From the human T2T-CHM13v2.0 reference genome, Homo sapiens, in NCBI RefSeq assembly GCF_009914755.1, contig NC_060931.1: a stretch of 64,000 nt of DNA; one strand, 5' to 3'. Both the position numbers and the translations under genes were made by a program. Below the pieces are notes generated by a model that saw nothing but the letters and a program-made list of their open reading frames with translations, ran no database searches and was not told where the DNA came from. Positions 44,301 through 60,899 of this stretch are shown here, one piece after another; positions within the stretch are counted from its first letter, which is position 1, and each line of letters opens with the position of its first letter.

Positions 44301-44576
44301 CCCAACCTCAGCGCTTGCCTCAGCTTCAGACTTCAGCACAGGTGCCAAGTGGTGAGGAAATAGGCAAGATAAAGAACGGCCACACAGGTCTGAGCAATGG
44401 AAATGGAATTCACCACGGGGCCAAACACGGATCCGCAGATAATCGCAAACTTTCAGCACCTGTTTCTCAAAAAATGCATAGAAAAATTCAGTCCAGCTTG
44501 TCTGTAAACAGCGATATCAGTAAGAAGAGCAAAGTAAATGCTGTCTTTTCCCAAAAGACAGGCTCTTCACCTGAAG
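44301..44576 (+). CDS. MDFIC: MDFIC internal coding exon (probably exon 4), encoding (T)QPQRLPQLQTSAQVPSGEEIGKIKNGHTGLSNGNGIHHGAKHGSADNRKLSAPVSQKMHRKIQSSLSVNSDISKKSKVNAVFSQKTGSSPE
   Basis: The peptide matches the MDFIC/MDFI-family region before the I-mfa domain. A branch-like CTGAC and a polypyrimidine tract lead to TTTAG ending at 44300, and donor GTAAGT is at 44577-44582. The exon is 276 nt, phase 1-1, and in frame with 7069-7191. Confidence 0.96.
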
Positions 44577-47156
44577 GTAAGTTTGAGATATATGTAGATT
44601 TTATTTGACCAGATGTAAAATAATATTTCCTGGTAATTATTTGATCAAGCATATATAATTGAAGAATCTTGCTTATCCTTCAGACAAACAGGAATTTTGG
44701 TAAAATGCAGATTAACTTTCCCAAAGGAAAGCACAAGATAGAAAAGGAAGCAGTGGCAGCTGACATCCTGCTTTTAGATAATCGTCTTCTAGAGTGAATA
44801 GTCATTACTTTAAATATAACTGCTATACTTCTTTTTTTAATGCCACATTTAAAAATATAAATACAACATTTTGATGGCATACATGAGTGTGTGTGTGTAT
44901 TTTTATCCCTCCCTGATGCAATATGTTATTCTATAGTTCAGAGATAAGATTACCTGCTTGTATTTTTGTCTTGCAAATCGGTTCTTAAATAGACAAAGCT
45001 AAAATGAGAGAAAGATTAGGTAATTTTCATGCTCTTGCCAGGGAATAGGCCAGGTGATTTCTGTTGCTTGACTGACCAGCATCTTCCAGCCGCCACGTTG
45101 GCCAGCACCTGCAACCATCTCCACTCCCATCCCATTTCAGCCTCACTGTGGTCTGGTCTTCACCTCCTCCTTTAGAGACACTTGGCTGTGTTCTCTGTCC
45201 CCTGGAGAACTAGTTATTACCTCTTCAGTTCTATCTCATCCTGCCCTTGGCTGGGTTAAAAGCAGGTTAAATACTATGAACCTGAGAAAGTTCTTTATTA
45301 ATCAAATTGCACATGGTGACAATTAAAACAGACTCCCTTTACATGATTCATTGTATTATATTTCAAAAATAAAAATCTCCCATATTTAAGGATCCAAATT
45401 TCTTTCCATGTATCCATGGTTCTCTGGTTTTCCTCCTTTCCCCTTTTAGCAGTTATTGGATGTCTAAAGTCTTGAATCTGTTATATGTATCTGATATACA
45501 TATATTTCTCCTTATTCCCCTTTCCTTTCTATTTTGCTATGAAATCTTAAGTAAGAGAAATTTTGTGGAATGCCTCTGTGAAGTTGGTCATGCTTATTCA
45601 TAGAGACAAATTGAGTTGTAAATAGGAAATTGTATTGAGAATTACCAGTAATGAGTGGGAGAAAGGATATTGCATTTTGGCTACAGGTGTCTCAAACTCA
45701 ACTGAGATAAAGTGTTAGGTTGATCAAATGATATGATAATAAATGGTCTGCATAGTTCCAGGTCAGTGACACTACTTTCCAAACTAATTAGATTGAAAGG
45801 GACTTGATTGACACTTTAAAATGAGTTTGACATGTAAGCTGCATGGTCATCTCTGAAGCATAGGTAGGCTGTTAACTAAACTGGCTCTCCAAGGAGTTGG
45901 GAAAGCAATGCAATTTTCTTTAGAGGATCTTCGCTTCTAGGTGATCGGGTGAAATAATTGAATGCAATTGAAATGTACTTGTTTTATACATTTGAATTCA
46001 CTTATTACGTCCCTAACCTCTTATTTTCCATTTGATATTTACTTATTTTTGTATTAAAGAATGGTAACATTCGCATATCAGTCCTAACTTGAAATAGCTT
46101 ATGGAATGTTTATAAATTTTTTTATTATTGCTTGCCTTTAATACCATGTCTGAATTTATTTGTAATGTAGGAATGCAGCTTCATAAGTAACATACGAAGA
46201 AGGAAGAAAATCACCGGTATATGAATGAGATACAGTTTTACTCTTCCTCTTTCTCTCCCTTCTCCTTTATTCTCCCCCTTCCCTCCCTCTTTTACTTTTT
46301 CTTTCTCTTCTCTCATGCTCACATTCACACTTATGGCCTACCACAGAGCTCTGGATAAGGGAAGTCCCTTGTAATCTGTGTAATCTGCTTTTATCACAAA
46401 ATATGTTCCAGATTGGGTTGGAGACATGAGGAGCATAAAATACAAATTTAAATGTATAAACACATTTTGCAAAGTCTTATCCATATCTTCATTGTAAGAC
46501 TATAGAATTTAGACAATTGTAGGTTTGTTTTATTGTGATTGCTTGAATCTAGATTAAAATTTGATTGTCCATATTTTTCTCAAAGTTCGATATCTTCATG
46601 ATTTGTTAGTATTTAAGGTTGTGCCCTAAAATTTTGTGTTTCTTCTGACTTTCAGTTTTGAAGTTATGTTTATTCTCTGGCAATGTACTGTAATAAAAAC
46701 CAAAACCAAAACAAAACAAAAAATCCGTTGAACTGGTAGATGGCAAATTAAAAGGAAAAACATTCTCAATTCTGCCACCAGCTTGCTGGGGTACTTGAGT
46801 TTCTATGGGCCTGCTTTTTCTGTGGAATGAAGGGTTTGGATTAGATAATTTTAAAAATTAAGTTCGGTTCCAAGATTCTGTGAGTCTCTTTTTACAGCAC
46901 CTGCTTGACTCTCAGGATAGATCTCTTGCTCTATAGAATATGTGATCTCTTGTTGAGGAAACACCTAAAACCTGATGTGCAGAATGGGGCAGGGGCAGAA
47001 ACAGTTGTGGTGAACAGAAATAGCACCTGAATTTCAGGAGGCCCATATGTCAGAACAGTAGGCCTTGAATAGGCAGCATGATTTATTGTGCAAATAAAAA
47101 TGGATGGAAATGATTTTTTTATAAAGCAATAAGAATGGGGAGATTTAGTGGCTAGG

Positions 47157-47878
47157 TGTCTTAGTCTATTTGTGCTGCTATAACAAAATACCTGAGACTA
47201 AAGTTTGGTCAGGTTGGCTCATATCTATAATCCCAGCAGTTTGAGAGGGCCACTGGGGAGGATCGCTTGAGACCAGGAGTTCAAGACCAGCCTGGGCTAC
47301 ATAGCAAGATCTCATCTCTACAAAAAAGAAAAAAAAAAATCTACCTGGGCACAGTGGCATGCACCTGTAGTCTTAACTACTCAGGAGGCTGAGGTGGGAG
47401 GACCATCTGAGCCCAGGAGTTTGAGGTTACAGTGAGCTATGATTGTGCCACTATATTCCAGCCTGGGTGACAGAGTGAGACCCTGTCTCTAAAATAAATA
47501 AATAAATAAAACACCTGAGACTGGGTATTTGATAAAGATCAGAAGTTTATTTTCTCTCAGTTCTGGAGGCTGGGAAGAGCAAGATCAAGGTGCTGGCAGG
47601 TTAAGTTGTCTGGAGATGACCATTTTCTGCTTCTAAGATGATGCCTTGTTGCTGCATCCTTGGAAAGGGAGGAGCGTGTGTTCTCACATGGCGGAAAGCA
47701 GAAGCGCAAGAGATCAAAAACTGCATGAAGCCTCTTTTGTAATGGCCTTAATCTCATTAATTAGGGAGAAGCCCTCATGGCCAAATCACCTCTTGAAGGA
47801 CTTACCTCTTAATATCATCACATTGTCCATGACATTTCAACATCTGAGTTTTGTAGAGGTGACATTCAAACCATAGTA
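47157..47878 (-). mobile_element. ERVL-MaLR solo LTR (MLT1A/MSTD-like) split by an Alu
   Basis: tgtcttagtctatttgtgctgctataacaaaatacctgagact, then the Alu, then gggtattt...cagttctggaggctgggaag...acattcaaaccatagta. Near-TSD ctagg/caagg. Confidence 0.85.
47207..47507 (+). mobile_element. AluJ nested in the MaLR LTR
   Basis: Alu with a (TAAA)n tail. 15-bp TSD: AAAATACCTGAGACT (47185-47199) and AAAACACCTGAGACT (47508-47522). Confidence 0.93.
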
Positions 47879-48328
47879 CAAGGCTTTTCTCAGTTTTATG
47901 ACTGTTCTGCTTCACATTTTTGTTAAATCATCATCTTCTATGCCTGTTCTTCCAAAGGCAAATGAGCAAACAAGTAGCAAAATAATCTTAACTAAAATTC
48001 TCAAAGCAGCTAATCATGCCCACTTTGACAATGTGTTGTATGTCTGGGTACATGGTGCTTGTGGTTGTGATTTTTGTACCACATATAAATTTTATCAACA
48101 ACCGGAATAACATTTTTTTTGGTTCAGATAATGGAATAAAATATTTACAAATTTTCTAGTGTTTGATTAAGAACTCTAAGGGCGTCTTTTCTAACCAGGA
48201 TAGCAAAAACACTGCTAAGACATGATCCATTGCTTATACAGAGGTAGGGTTTGAACCAGCCATAATTGAGTCTGTGGGTTGGCAAGATGTTTTAACATGT
48301 CTTTAACTGTGAGTGTCTGAAGAACTGA

Positions 48329-48626
<298 letters not shown>

Positions 48627-48654
48627 CATCAGGTACTTTTTAAGCGATGTTGAT

Positions 48655-48890
48655 TCATATAATTAGAGTGCCTTCTATGTGCTACTTGCTTCTCTCACAT
48701 GAACTCATTTAGTCCTCCCAACAACGCTGCAATTCTATGAATTATATGAAATTATCTAATTATAAATGAGGAAACCGAGACACAGAGAAGTTAAAGGAAG
48801 CAACCAAAGGCAACAGGTGCATGGTAAAATTGAGACTCAAACTCAGACATTCTGGTTCCACAATCCATGTTCCTAACCTCTGTGCTATTT
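48655..48890 (-). mobile_element. MIR
   Basis: ttataaatgaggaaaccgagacacagagaagttaa...actcaaactcagacattctggttcca. Confidence 0.75.
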
Positions 48891-49842
48891 TGTGTGACTA
48901 AAGTTTTCTGAAAAAAAGGTAATTTATCAGACATTTCAACATGATATAGGATGTTAATGGTGTTACAGCTGTGGGCCAAGCAGGGATCTTCTTCTTAGTA
49001 TACATTTGCCTCTTAAAGCCCTTCTTACCACAGTTTTAAAAACAACTCTCACACCTGTGCTCTCTGTTTTCCTTTTCCTACTAGACTGTGAATTCCTGAA
49101 AAGGCTGGACTGAATCTAAGTCAATTTTTTTTTTATTGTACAGTGGTGCCCAACATAAAAAAGTTTCTCATGAGTTAACACGTGATACAATGCTCTATTC
49201 CAAATCATTTTATCCTACCCTTCCTTGAAACCAGCCCTGGAAAATAAAATGTGTGCTCATATTCACCAAAAAAAATGTTCTTTTAAAAAGTTCCATTTTT
49301 GCAATGGAGGAAAAAAAAACCATGTGGCAAAAAAATTGCACATTTTATTTAAAGGTTATTAAATTTGTAGATTTCTACTTGTTTTGTATAATTAAATATT
49401 TTCATACATACTTTAATTTTCTGATTGCATCACCCAGGTGGAGAGTTTTAAGACTAAATGTTTAAGATTCTTGACCTTTGAAATAATTATAGTATAATTT
49501 AGTATCATATAATATTCAAATTGCCAAGGGTTTTCATTAGACTCAAAGACACTTTTCTTATAGGAATGGTAAATCTTAGTATGTTTTACATGTGCCAGTT
49601 ACATCTATATATTTTTGTAAAAATTAAGTTCTAACAAAATGCTTTTAAAGAAATTTTATACTTTTTAGGAATTTTTGCATTAATTTACACCCCATACTTG
49701 ATATTCTGCATTTAGTATGCATAGAGAAATACATATCCAGTCCTAGTATATCATTGAACATAAATGCTGAACAAGACAGTGAAGAGCGTTATGTAGATGG
49801 AAGTAACTACAATCATCTCATTTTTATTTTTAATCACATAGA

Positions 49843-50105
49843 AGCAGTGTGGTATAGTAATTAGAGCACAGACTCTGAAACTAGCCTGGTTGGGATCAAA
49901 TATTGGCTTTGCTACTCACCAGTGATGTGTCTTTGGGCAGGTTACTTAGCCTCTTTTTGCATCAGCGTCTCATCTCTAAAATGGTGATATTATTAGTACC
50001 TACTTCATAGGATTGTTATGAAGAAGACTTGAATTGGTACTGCTTAGTGCTTAGAATACAGACTGGCTCAGATGAAGTGTTCGATATGTGTTAGCTGCTG
50101 TTATG
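49843..50105 (+). mobile_element. MIR, near full length
   Basis: gcagtgtggtatagtaattagagcacagactctg...tttgggcaggttacttagcctct...tacctacttcataggattgttatgaa...gcttagaatacagactggc. Confidence 0.8.
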
Positions 50106-50318
50106 ATCATTAGTATTAAGGTTCATAGAGGGGTCAGGAATGTTAGCTTCTTGGAAAAGTCAATGCCTGGATGGGGACCTGAAAGACAAGACAAAGATAG
50201 TTTAGGGAGTTGAGAATAGAGGGAGGCATTCAAGGCCAAAGGATTTTGTTTTTCTTTTTTCTTTTCTCTCTCTCTCTCTGTGTGTGTGTGCTCTTCTTTT
50301 TGTTTGTTTGATAAGTAA

Positions 50319-50483
50319 GGTTTGTTAGATAAGTAAACATGTGTCATGGGGGTTTGTTGTACAGATTATTTCATCCCCCAGGTATTAAGCCTAGTGCCTA
50401 CTGGTTATTTTTTTCTGATCCTCTCCCATCTCTCACCACCTCCCTCTCTGAAAGTTCCCAGTGTGTGTTGCTCCCCTCTATGT
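50319..50483 (-). mobile_element. L1PA (older primate subfamily) 3'UTR fragment
   Basis: gtttgttagataagtaaacatgtgtcatgggggtttgttgtacagattatttcatc...cccagtgtgtgttgctcccctctatgt. Confidence 0.8.
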
Positions 50484-51596
50484 AAATTCATGAATTCATA
50501 TGTTTTATTCAGAGAACTACAAACAGTTTGCTGTTGTTGAAAAGCTAAATTATTAGAGAAGATACTAGATGAGTAGGAATGAACCAGTCTACGGAGCCTG
50601 GGATGGCCCGTTCTTCTGAAGCTATTAATATCACACAGGTCTATATGATTTATCTAAAGGACATCATATCCCATATATACTTTTTTTGAAAAATTGTGTT
50701 TTCTTTTCTCTCTGTAATACAAAAATTCCATGGTTGGAATTATATAGAATCAGGGTGCTTTCTCACCTGTAGCCAATACTGCTATGTATTAACCTGCCCT
50801 ACCATCTGCACCGTGATTACCTTTGCAGTTTTTTTTTTTTTTTGTACATTAATAATGAACGGTTATCGAAAAGGAAATGATGAATTGGTTTTAGCCATGT
50901 TGAGCTTGGGATGCTAATGAGCTCTACAGGAGACATTTGGACCTATGGGAGGACTGAAACCCAGTTTATATTGTACAGGCTTTTTCTGCTTTCTTTTTTT
51001 AAAACTATTTTTTGGTTTCTGAGGTCTATGACCTTTCTTTGTTTTCTTTTTAGGCTTCGCTTCTTTGTCTTTTTGGTGATTTTCTCTTGAATTTATAACT
51101 GAGGAGTTTTTCAGAATATACCAGAGGGATAATGCATACTCCCCACCAGTAGGAGTACAGCCAAGATTCTCCAGGAGACAGTCTGGGTAGGGCACACAGC
51201 TTTAAAAAGGGATTAAGCAGAATTGGGCAGGGCAATTAGAAAAGCCCATAAAGTGATTTCCCCTCCTTCCTTGTGAATCACTGGTAAAATGGTAAAAATA
51301 TCTTTCCTTGACCTTACTATTTCCCCTTCCTTTCACCATCTGCAAACTCCAGGTCTAACTCCTTGCACCTGGAATTTTGCCTCCACTGTAATGCATAGAC
51401 ATGTCTGTACACATGGTCAGGTGAAACACTGCTGAATGCCTTTGTTTCTCCTCTCCCCTCAGCCTGGTATGTTCTCATAACTCTCTTTGCATTCTTAATC
51501 TCTACACATTTTTTCAGAACTCATCTTAGTCATCATCTCCTGATGCCCCATTTTGGGCGAATTGCCCCTTTTTTGGGTCTCCCACAGCAGGCTTGG

Positions 51597-51636
51597 TTGA
51601 TCTATTAATCTATTAATCTATTGATCTGTTAATCTA
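51597..51636. repeat. (TCTATTAA)n octamer tandem repeat, about 5 imperfect units
   Basis: ttgatctattaatctattaatctattgatctgttaatcta. Confidence 0.8.
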
Positions 51637-53299
51637 CCTTTCTGTATTAAAATGTAATCTCACTGAAAGCAGAGTCTGTCTTACTCATCTTTTAATGTTT
51701 AGCCTACAGCCTAGTGCCTGGCTTATACAAGTTCAGAAAAAAGTGAGTTAGGAGTGTCAACTGGAGAACTAGACTTGTTCTTTATTACTCCATAGACATT
51801 GTGGTTGAAAGGGCAGGAATGGCTGAAATTCTTAAGGGAGAGAATGTGAAGGAATAAAAGGAAGGGCAAATATTTGAGCTAAAAGAAATGCAAAAAGAGA
51901 CCCAGCAGAGGGAGGACAGTTACTCAGAGATCCTACTTCCCAGCCCCATCAAGTTTTCTCACTATTCCGTATGGGTTTCAAACAACTACATATTCTTGAA
52001 TCCTGAAGGTGGGAAAAGAAATTAGAAAGGTAAAATTGAAATTGAGTTGTTTGCTGTTACAATACTGTTTCAACAGTATTGTAAAATCTTACATTAATTT
52101 TTTCCCATAAAAAGCTTTTCCGTTTTGCCTATAATTGTAGAAGTACTACAGTAGTATTTTAGTGGAAAGATAATAATAGGAGCTCATGATATGACCATAA
52201 AGTTATAATCAGAGCTTCCAGAAACAAATTTTCTGTGACTTTGGAAAGATATGTCACTGCATTCCTCAAAATACTTAATTTGCTTGGATGATGTTTTGTT
52301 TTGTTATGTTCTGTTTTCTCAGGCGCAGTGCCTTCCATCCCATGTTACAATAATGGTGTGGGCGAAAGGTTTAGAATTCTGCTTTCCAATGCAATATTTG
52401 CTAGTTCTTTGGAAAATAGGACTTCAAGAAATGTCACTGCTCAGCCAACACATTAAATTGAAAAATAGTAATACAATGAGGAGTGTGTGTATGGAGAGTA
52501 GGCATGATCAGAGTTGACTATATCAAAGTATAAATCATTCTGCACATATAAATCATTAATTTTTGTTTACTTGAAATATTTAAATTAGCTGTCTTTTTTT
52601 AAAAAATAAAGCAATTATCCATCAGAAGTATTTATAAATAGTAAGTGTTTCTGTAGGGCCAAAAGTAAACATTTAAGTGCCTTATCTTAAAGTTTAGGAA
52701 AATAAGTTAACTAGGTAGTTTGTTATCATACCTATGTATTTGGTGAGGAGCAAAGAAACTATTTTACAAGGTTCTGAAAAATATGTAACTTAATATTGAA
52801 ACATAGAGATAACTCAAAATATGCCTCAAGCCTCAGAGCTCTTCTTTTGTAATAACCAATAATTTATAGGCCATCTTAAAGAAGAAATAGAAGCTATCAG
52901 CTATGTATGGACTTCACCGTTGTTTTTTTGTGTTTGTAGACAAGCTATCTTAGGTCACTGCTTTAGCAAATTAAATTAGCTCAGCATTCACTCAGGAGAT
53001 GGGTGGGGAGGAAATAAAACAATGGAGATACAGATAGATTGGCCAGGAAGCTTTAGGGTGTGGGGTAGTTGGATGCAGAGGCTATTTAGAAACCAGGCTT
53101 CAGAATAATGGAAAGAATTGAATAAATCCTATGACTCTACTAATGCACCAAAGTTTTGTTTTGTTTTGTTTTTTAGTACAGTGATGAAATGTTAGGTGAT
53201 TTTTTTAGGTCAAACATAATATGTAGGCACAGCAGCCAGGCTGGAGATGAAAGTTTGTTCGTGAGGGATTCAACCTCAAGAGCTCTGTCAAGTGCAGGT

Positions 53300-54330
53300 A
53301 ATAGAGGAATTGAAGATTTACTTTAGAGTTTCAGGATTAAATGAGGTCCAGAGCTAAATCTGGGTAGATTTGGAAGAGCAGTCAGATATGTATTATTCTG
53401 AGCAGGACTGTCATTAACATTTTAGTTCAATTAATTTGGAAATTGAGTAGAAATTAGGAAATTAGGAGGAATAGCTGAATGTAGTTTGGAGATGATCATG
53501 AGTTGAGTTTTAGATCTGTTCAGTTTTGTATGATTATACGTAATTCAAGAGGAGAATTCCAAAATGCATTTGGAAATATACAAATGGAGCTGGAGAGAAG
53601 GAGTTAGAGGCAAATATACTTATTCATATTTGTTCTCATAGAGGAGACACTTCACTATAAATCTGGATGAGATTTTAAAGTAGAGATTTCAGAGAAAAGG
53701 TCAGATGGCTGAGAACTGAGTGACTCAGCGATCACTGGAGGCCAGCCAGTTTGGTGGGATGGGAGTGTGGGTTCAGCTTGTGTGCTTGGGAGACAATCCC
53801 AAGGAAAGTTCAGATTTTTCTCCAGAGGTAATATCAGATAGACAGTAAGTCAGAGTAAGGCCATACTGATAAAATAGCCTAGAGGAGAGGTCACAGTGCA
53901 AAGAAAAGAGGACGATTATCTGGCTGAGAGGAAACAAGAAATGTGAGGGGGAGACAGACTGGAGATAATGATATCATGAGGCAGGGAAAGAATGTTTTAA
54001 AAAGAGGAAGAGAACTATATCAAGGTGCACCAGATATTGATGACAGGTTCAGTAAAATGAGCACTGAAATATTTCTGTTGGTTGTGACAACATGGACATC
54101 ATTTAGTGACCTTATTAAGAGTTGTTTTCATGGAGAAGCCACAGTGATGTGGGTTGTAGAATGTGTAAACAGTTCTAGAAAGGCCAAAATTCAGGGCAGA
54201 AGTGCAAGTCCAGAAGGGTTGTTTTCTTGGTGTGTATTATTTTGTTTTAAGATAGGAACAATTTCAGTATGTTTACATTCAGCTGGAAAAGATCCAGGAG
54301 AGAAGGAACATTTGAAGATATGAGAAGGCA
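53300..54330 (-). mobile_element. L2 fragments
   Basis: tgagttgagttttagatctgttcagtttt and agtaaaatgagcactgaa...gtgacaacatggacatcatttagtgacctt. Confidence 0.55.
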
Positions 54331-55361
54331 ATAATGATACCTTCTTGACAAACCAGCATATAGTGTATTTAGACTTTAGATCTATAGTTTAATACACTGA
54401 ACTAAATGAATGCATTGACATTGTCAAAGCAAGAGAATTGAGCAACCAGAGAAGTATTTACCGAATTGTTAACCTCGATGGCTCTGCTCTGTAAGGGTTA
54501 TGTGGTTGACTAATTTTAGAAGACTTCTCAGTAACCTCTATTGAATGATTTGGTACAAGGACACGTAACCTTTGGTGACTAAAAAGCCTTTCTCAAATCC
54601 CTACTCCTACGTCATTCCATGAGCATTTATTGAGTTTGAATGGAGGGGATTGATAGGGCCTTAGGATTCTGAGTTCCAAGTCTCTGACTTGTGTTTTGGA
54701 TCACAAATTGATTAAAATCGATAGCATCTTATATTTTATGTTCATAAGGCCCTTAATTGAATTTAATCATAGCTTTTACACATAGTATAGTATAAGAAGT
54801 AAAAACAAACATAGCTAAGCAAACAGCTAAAGAGAAGAAAATATAAGTAAAGAAACCACTGCATAATGCAGACAAATGGGAAACAGTAGGTTAATTTTAA
54901 AATATATTTAAAGTAAATTTATGCTTTAGTATGCTCTACTCATCATTGAATTACTATCACAAAGGCTTGAAAAGGTTAAAGCTTAATCTATAATAAAAAG
55001 GAGTTTTGATTAATTGTGATAATCTTTTACACAGTGATTCTGATCATTTTTGATCACATGGGCTTCTTTGAGAATCTGACAAGAGTTATTTCCACCCGCA
55101 AAGTTTTAAAAACAGACAACAAGATCCTGTTAGCACTGTGTTATTCTTTTTTTTTTTTCTTTATACTTTAAGTTCTAGGATACATGTGCACAACGTGCAG
55201 GTTTGTTACATATGTCTACATGTGCCATGTTGGTGTGCTGCACCCATTAACTCATCATTTACATTAGGTATATCTCCTAATGCTATCCCTCCCCTCTGCC
55301 TGCCCCACGACAGGCCCCAGTGTGTGATGTTTCCCTTCCTGTGTCCAAGTGTTCTCATTGT

Positions 55362-59184
<3,823 letters not shown>

Positions 59185-59247
59185 TATGACATTAGCTGGT
59201 TATTTTGCTCCTTAGTTGATGCAGTTTCTTCCTACCATCAATGGTCT

Positions 59248-60259
59248 TTACAATTTGGCATGTTTTTGCAGTGGCTGGTACCAGTTGTTCCTTTCCATGT
59301 TTAGTGCTTCCTTCAGGAGCTCTTTTAGGGCAGGCCTGGTGGTGACAAAATCTCTCAGCATTTGCTTATCTGTAAAGTATTTTATTTCTCCTTCACTTAT
59401 GAAGCTTAATTTGGCTGTATATGAAATTCTGGGTTGAAAATTCTTTTCTTTAAGAATGTTGAACATTGCCCCCCACTCTCTTCTGGCTTGTAAAGTTTCT
59501 GCGGAGAGATCAGCTGTTAGTCTGATGGGCTTCCCTTTGTGGGTAACCAGACCTTTCTCTCTGGCTGCCCTTAACATTTTTTCCTTCATTTCCACTGTGG
59601 TGAATCTGACAATTATGTCTTGGAGTTGCTCTTCTTGAGGAGTATCTTTGTGGCATTCTCTGTATTTCCTGAATTTGAACGTTGGCCTGCCTTGCTAGGT
59701 TGGGGATGTTCTCCTGGATAATATCCTGCAGAGTGTTTTCCAGCTTGGTTCCATTCTCCCTGTCACTTTCAGGTACACCAATCAGACGTAGATTTGGTCT
59801 TTTCACATAGCCCCATATTTCTTGGAGACTTTGTTCGTTTCTTTTACTCTATTTTCTCTAAACTTCTCTTCTCACTTCATTTCATTCATTTGATCTTCAG
59901 TCACTGATACCCTTTCTTCCAGTTGATCGAATCGGCTACTGAAGCTTGTGCATTCATCATGTAGTTCTTGTGCCACAGTATTCAGCTCCATCAGGTCATT
60001 TAAGGACTTCTCTATGCTGGTTATTCTAGTTAGCCATTTGTCTAATCTTTTTTCAAGGTTTTTATCTTCTTTGTGATGGGTTCGAACTTCCCCCTTTAGC
60101 TTGGAGAAGTTTGGTCGTCTGAAGCCTTCTTCTCTCAACTCGTCAAAGTCATTCTCCATCCAGCTTTGTTCCATTGCTGGCGAGGAGCTGTGTTCCTTTG
60201 GAGGGGGATAGGCACTCTGATTTTTAGAATTTTGTTTTTCTGCTCTGTTTTCCCCCCAT
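59248..60259 (-). pseudogene. L1 ORF1p, disrupted by frameshifts
   Basis: Fragments MEQSWMENDFDELREEGF, KRPNLRLIGVPE and MKEKMLRAAREKG...QPLQKHAKL* lie in different frames. The ATG is at 60259. Confidence 0.93.
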
Positions 60260-60737
60260 CTTTGTGGTTTTATCTACCTTTGGTCTTTGATGATGGTAAT
60301 GTGCAGATGGGGTTTTGGTGTGGATGTCCTTTCTTTTTGGTAGTTTTCCTTCTAACAGTCAGGACCCTCAGCTGCAGGTCTGTTGGAGTTTGCTGGAGGT
60401 CCACTCCAGACCCTGTTTGCCTGGGTATCAGCAGTGGAGGCTGCAGAACAGCAAATATTGCTGAACAGCAAATGTTGCTGCCTGATCGTTCCTCTGGAAG
60501 CTTCATCTCAGAGGGGTACTCAGCCGTGTGAGGTGTCAGTCTGCCCCTACTGGGGGGTGCCTCCCAGTTAGGCTACTTGGGGATCAGGGACCCACTTGAG
60601 GAGGCAGTCTGTCCGTTCTCAGATCTCAAACTCTGTGCTGGGAGAACCACTACTTCAAAGCTCAGTTGGAAATGCAGAAATCACCTGTCTTCTGCGTCAC
60701 TCATGCTGGGAGCTGAAGACTGCAGCTGTTCCTATTC

Positions 60738-60747
60738 GGCCATCTTG
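60738..60747 (-). promoter_or_regulatory. YY1 site of the L1 5'UTR (CAAGATGGCC)
   Basis: Exact motif at the canonical position near the L1 5' end. Confidence 0.8.
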
Positions 60748-60899
60748 GAACCACCCAGCATTGTGTTATTCTTGAAGGTAACTGAAGAGATTGGATAACT
60801 TCAGTTCTAAAATCAAACATCTCTAAGAACTGACCAGATAATTAGGTGCCTACTGAGCCATTGTAATGTTTTTGATTTTGAGGTAGGAAAACTGCATCA

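Noticed and set aside
45085-45110. CTCF-like GC-rich motif ccagccgccacgttggccagc
   Set aside because: The spacing between CCA and GGC does not fit the CTCF core.
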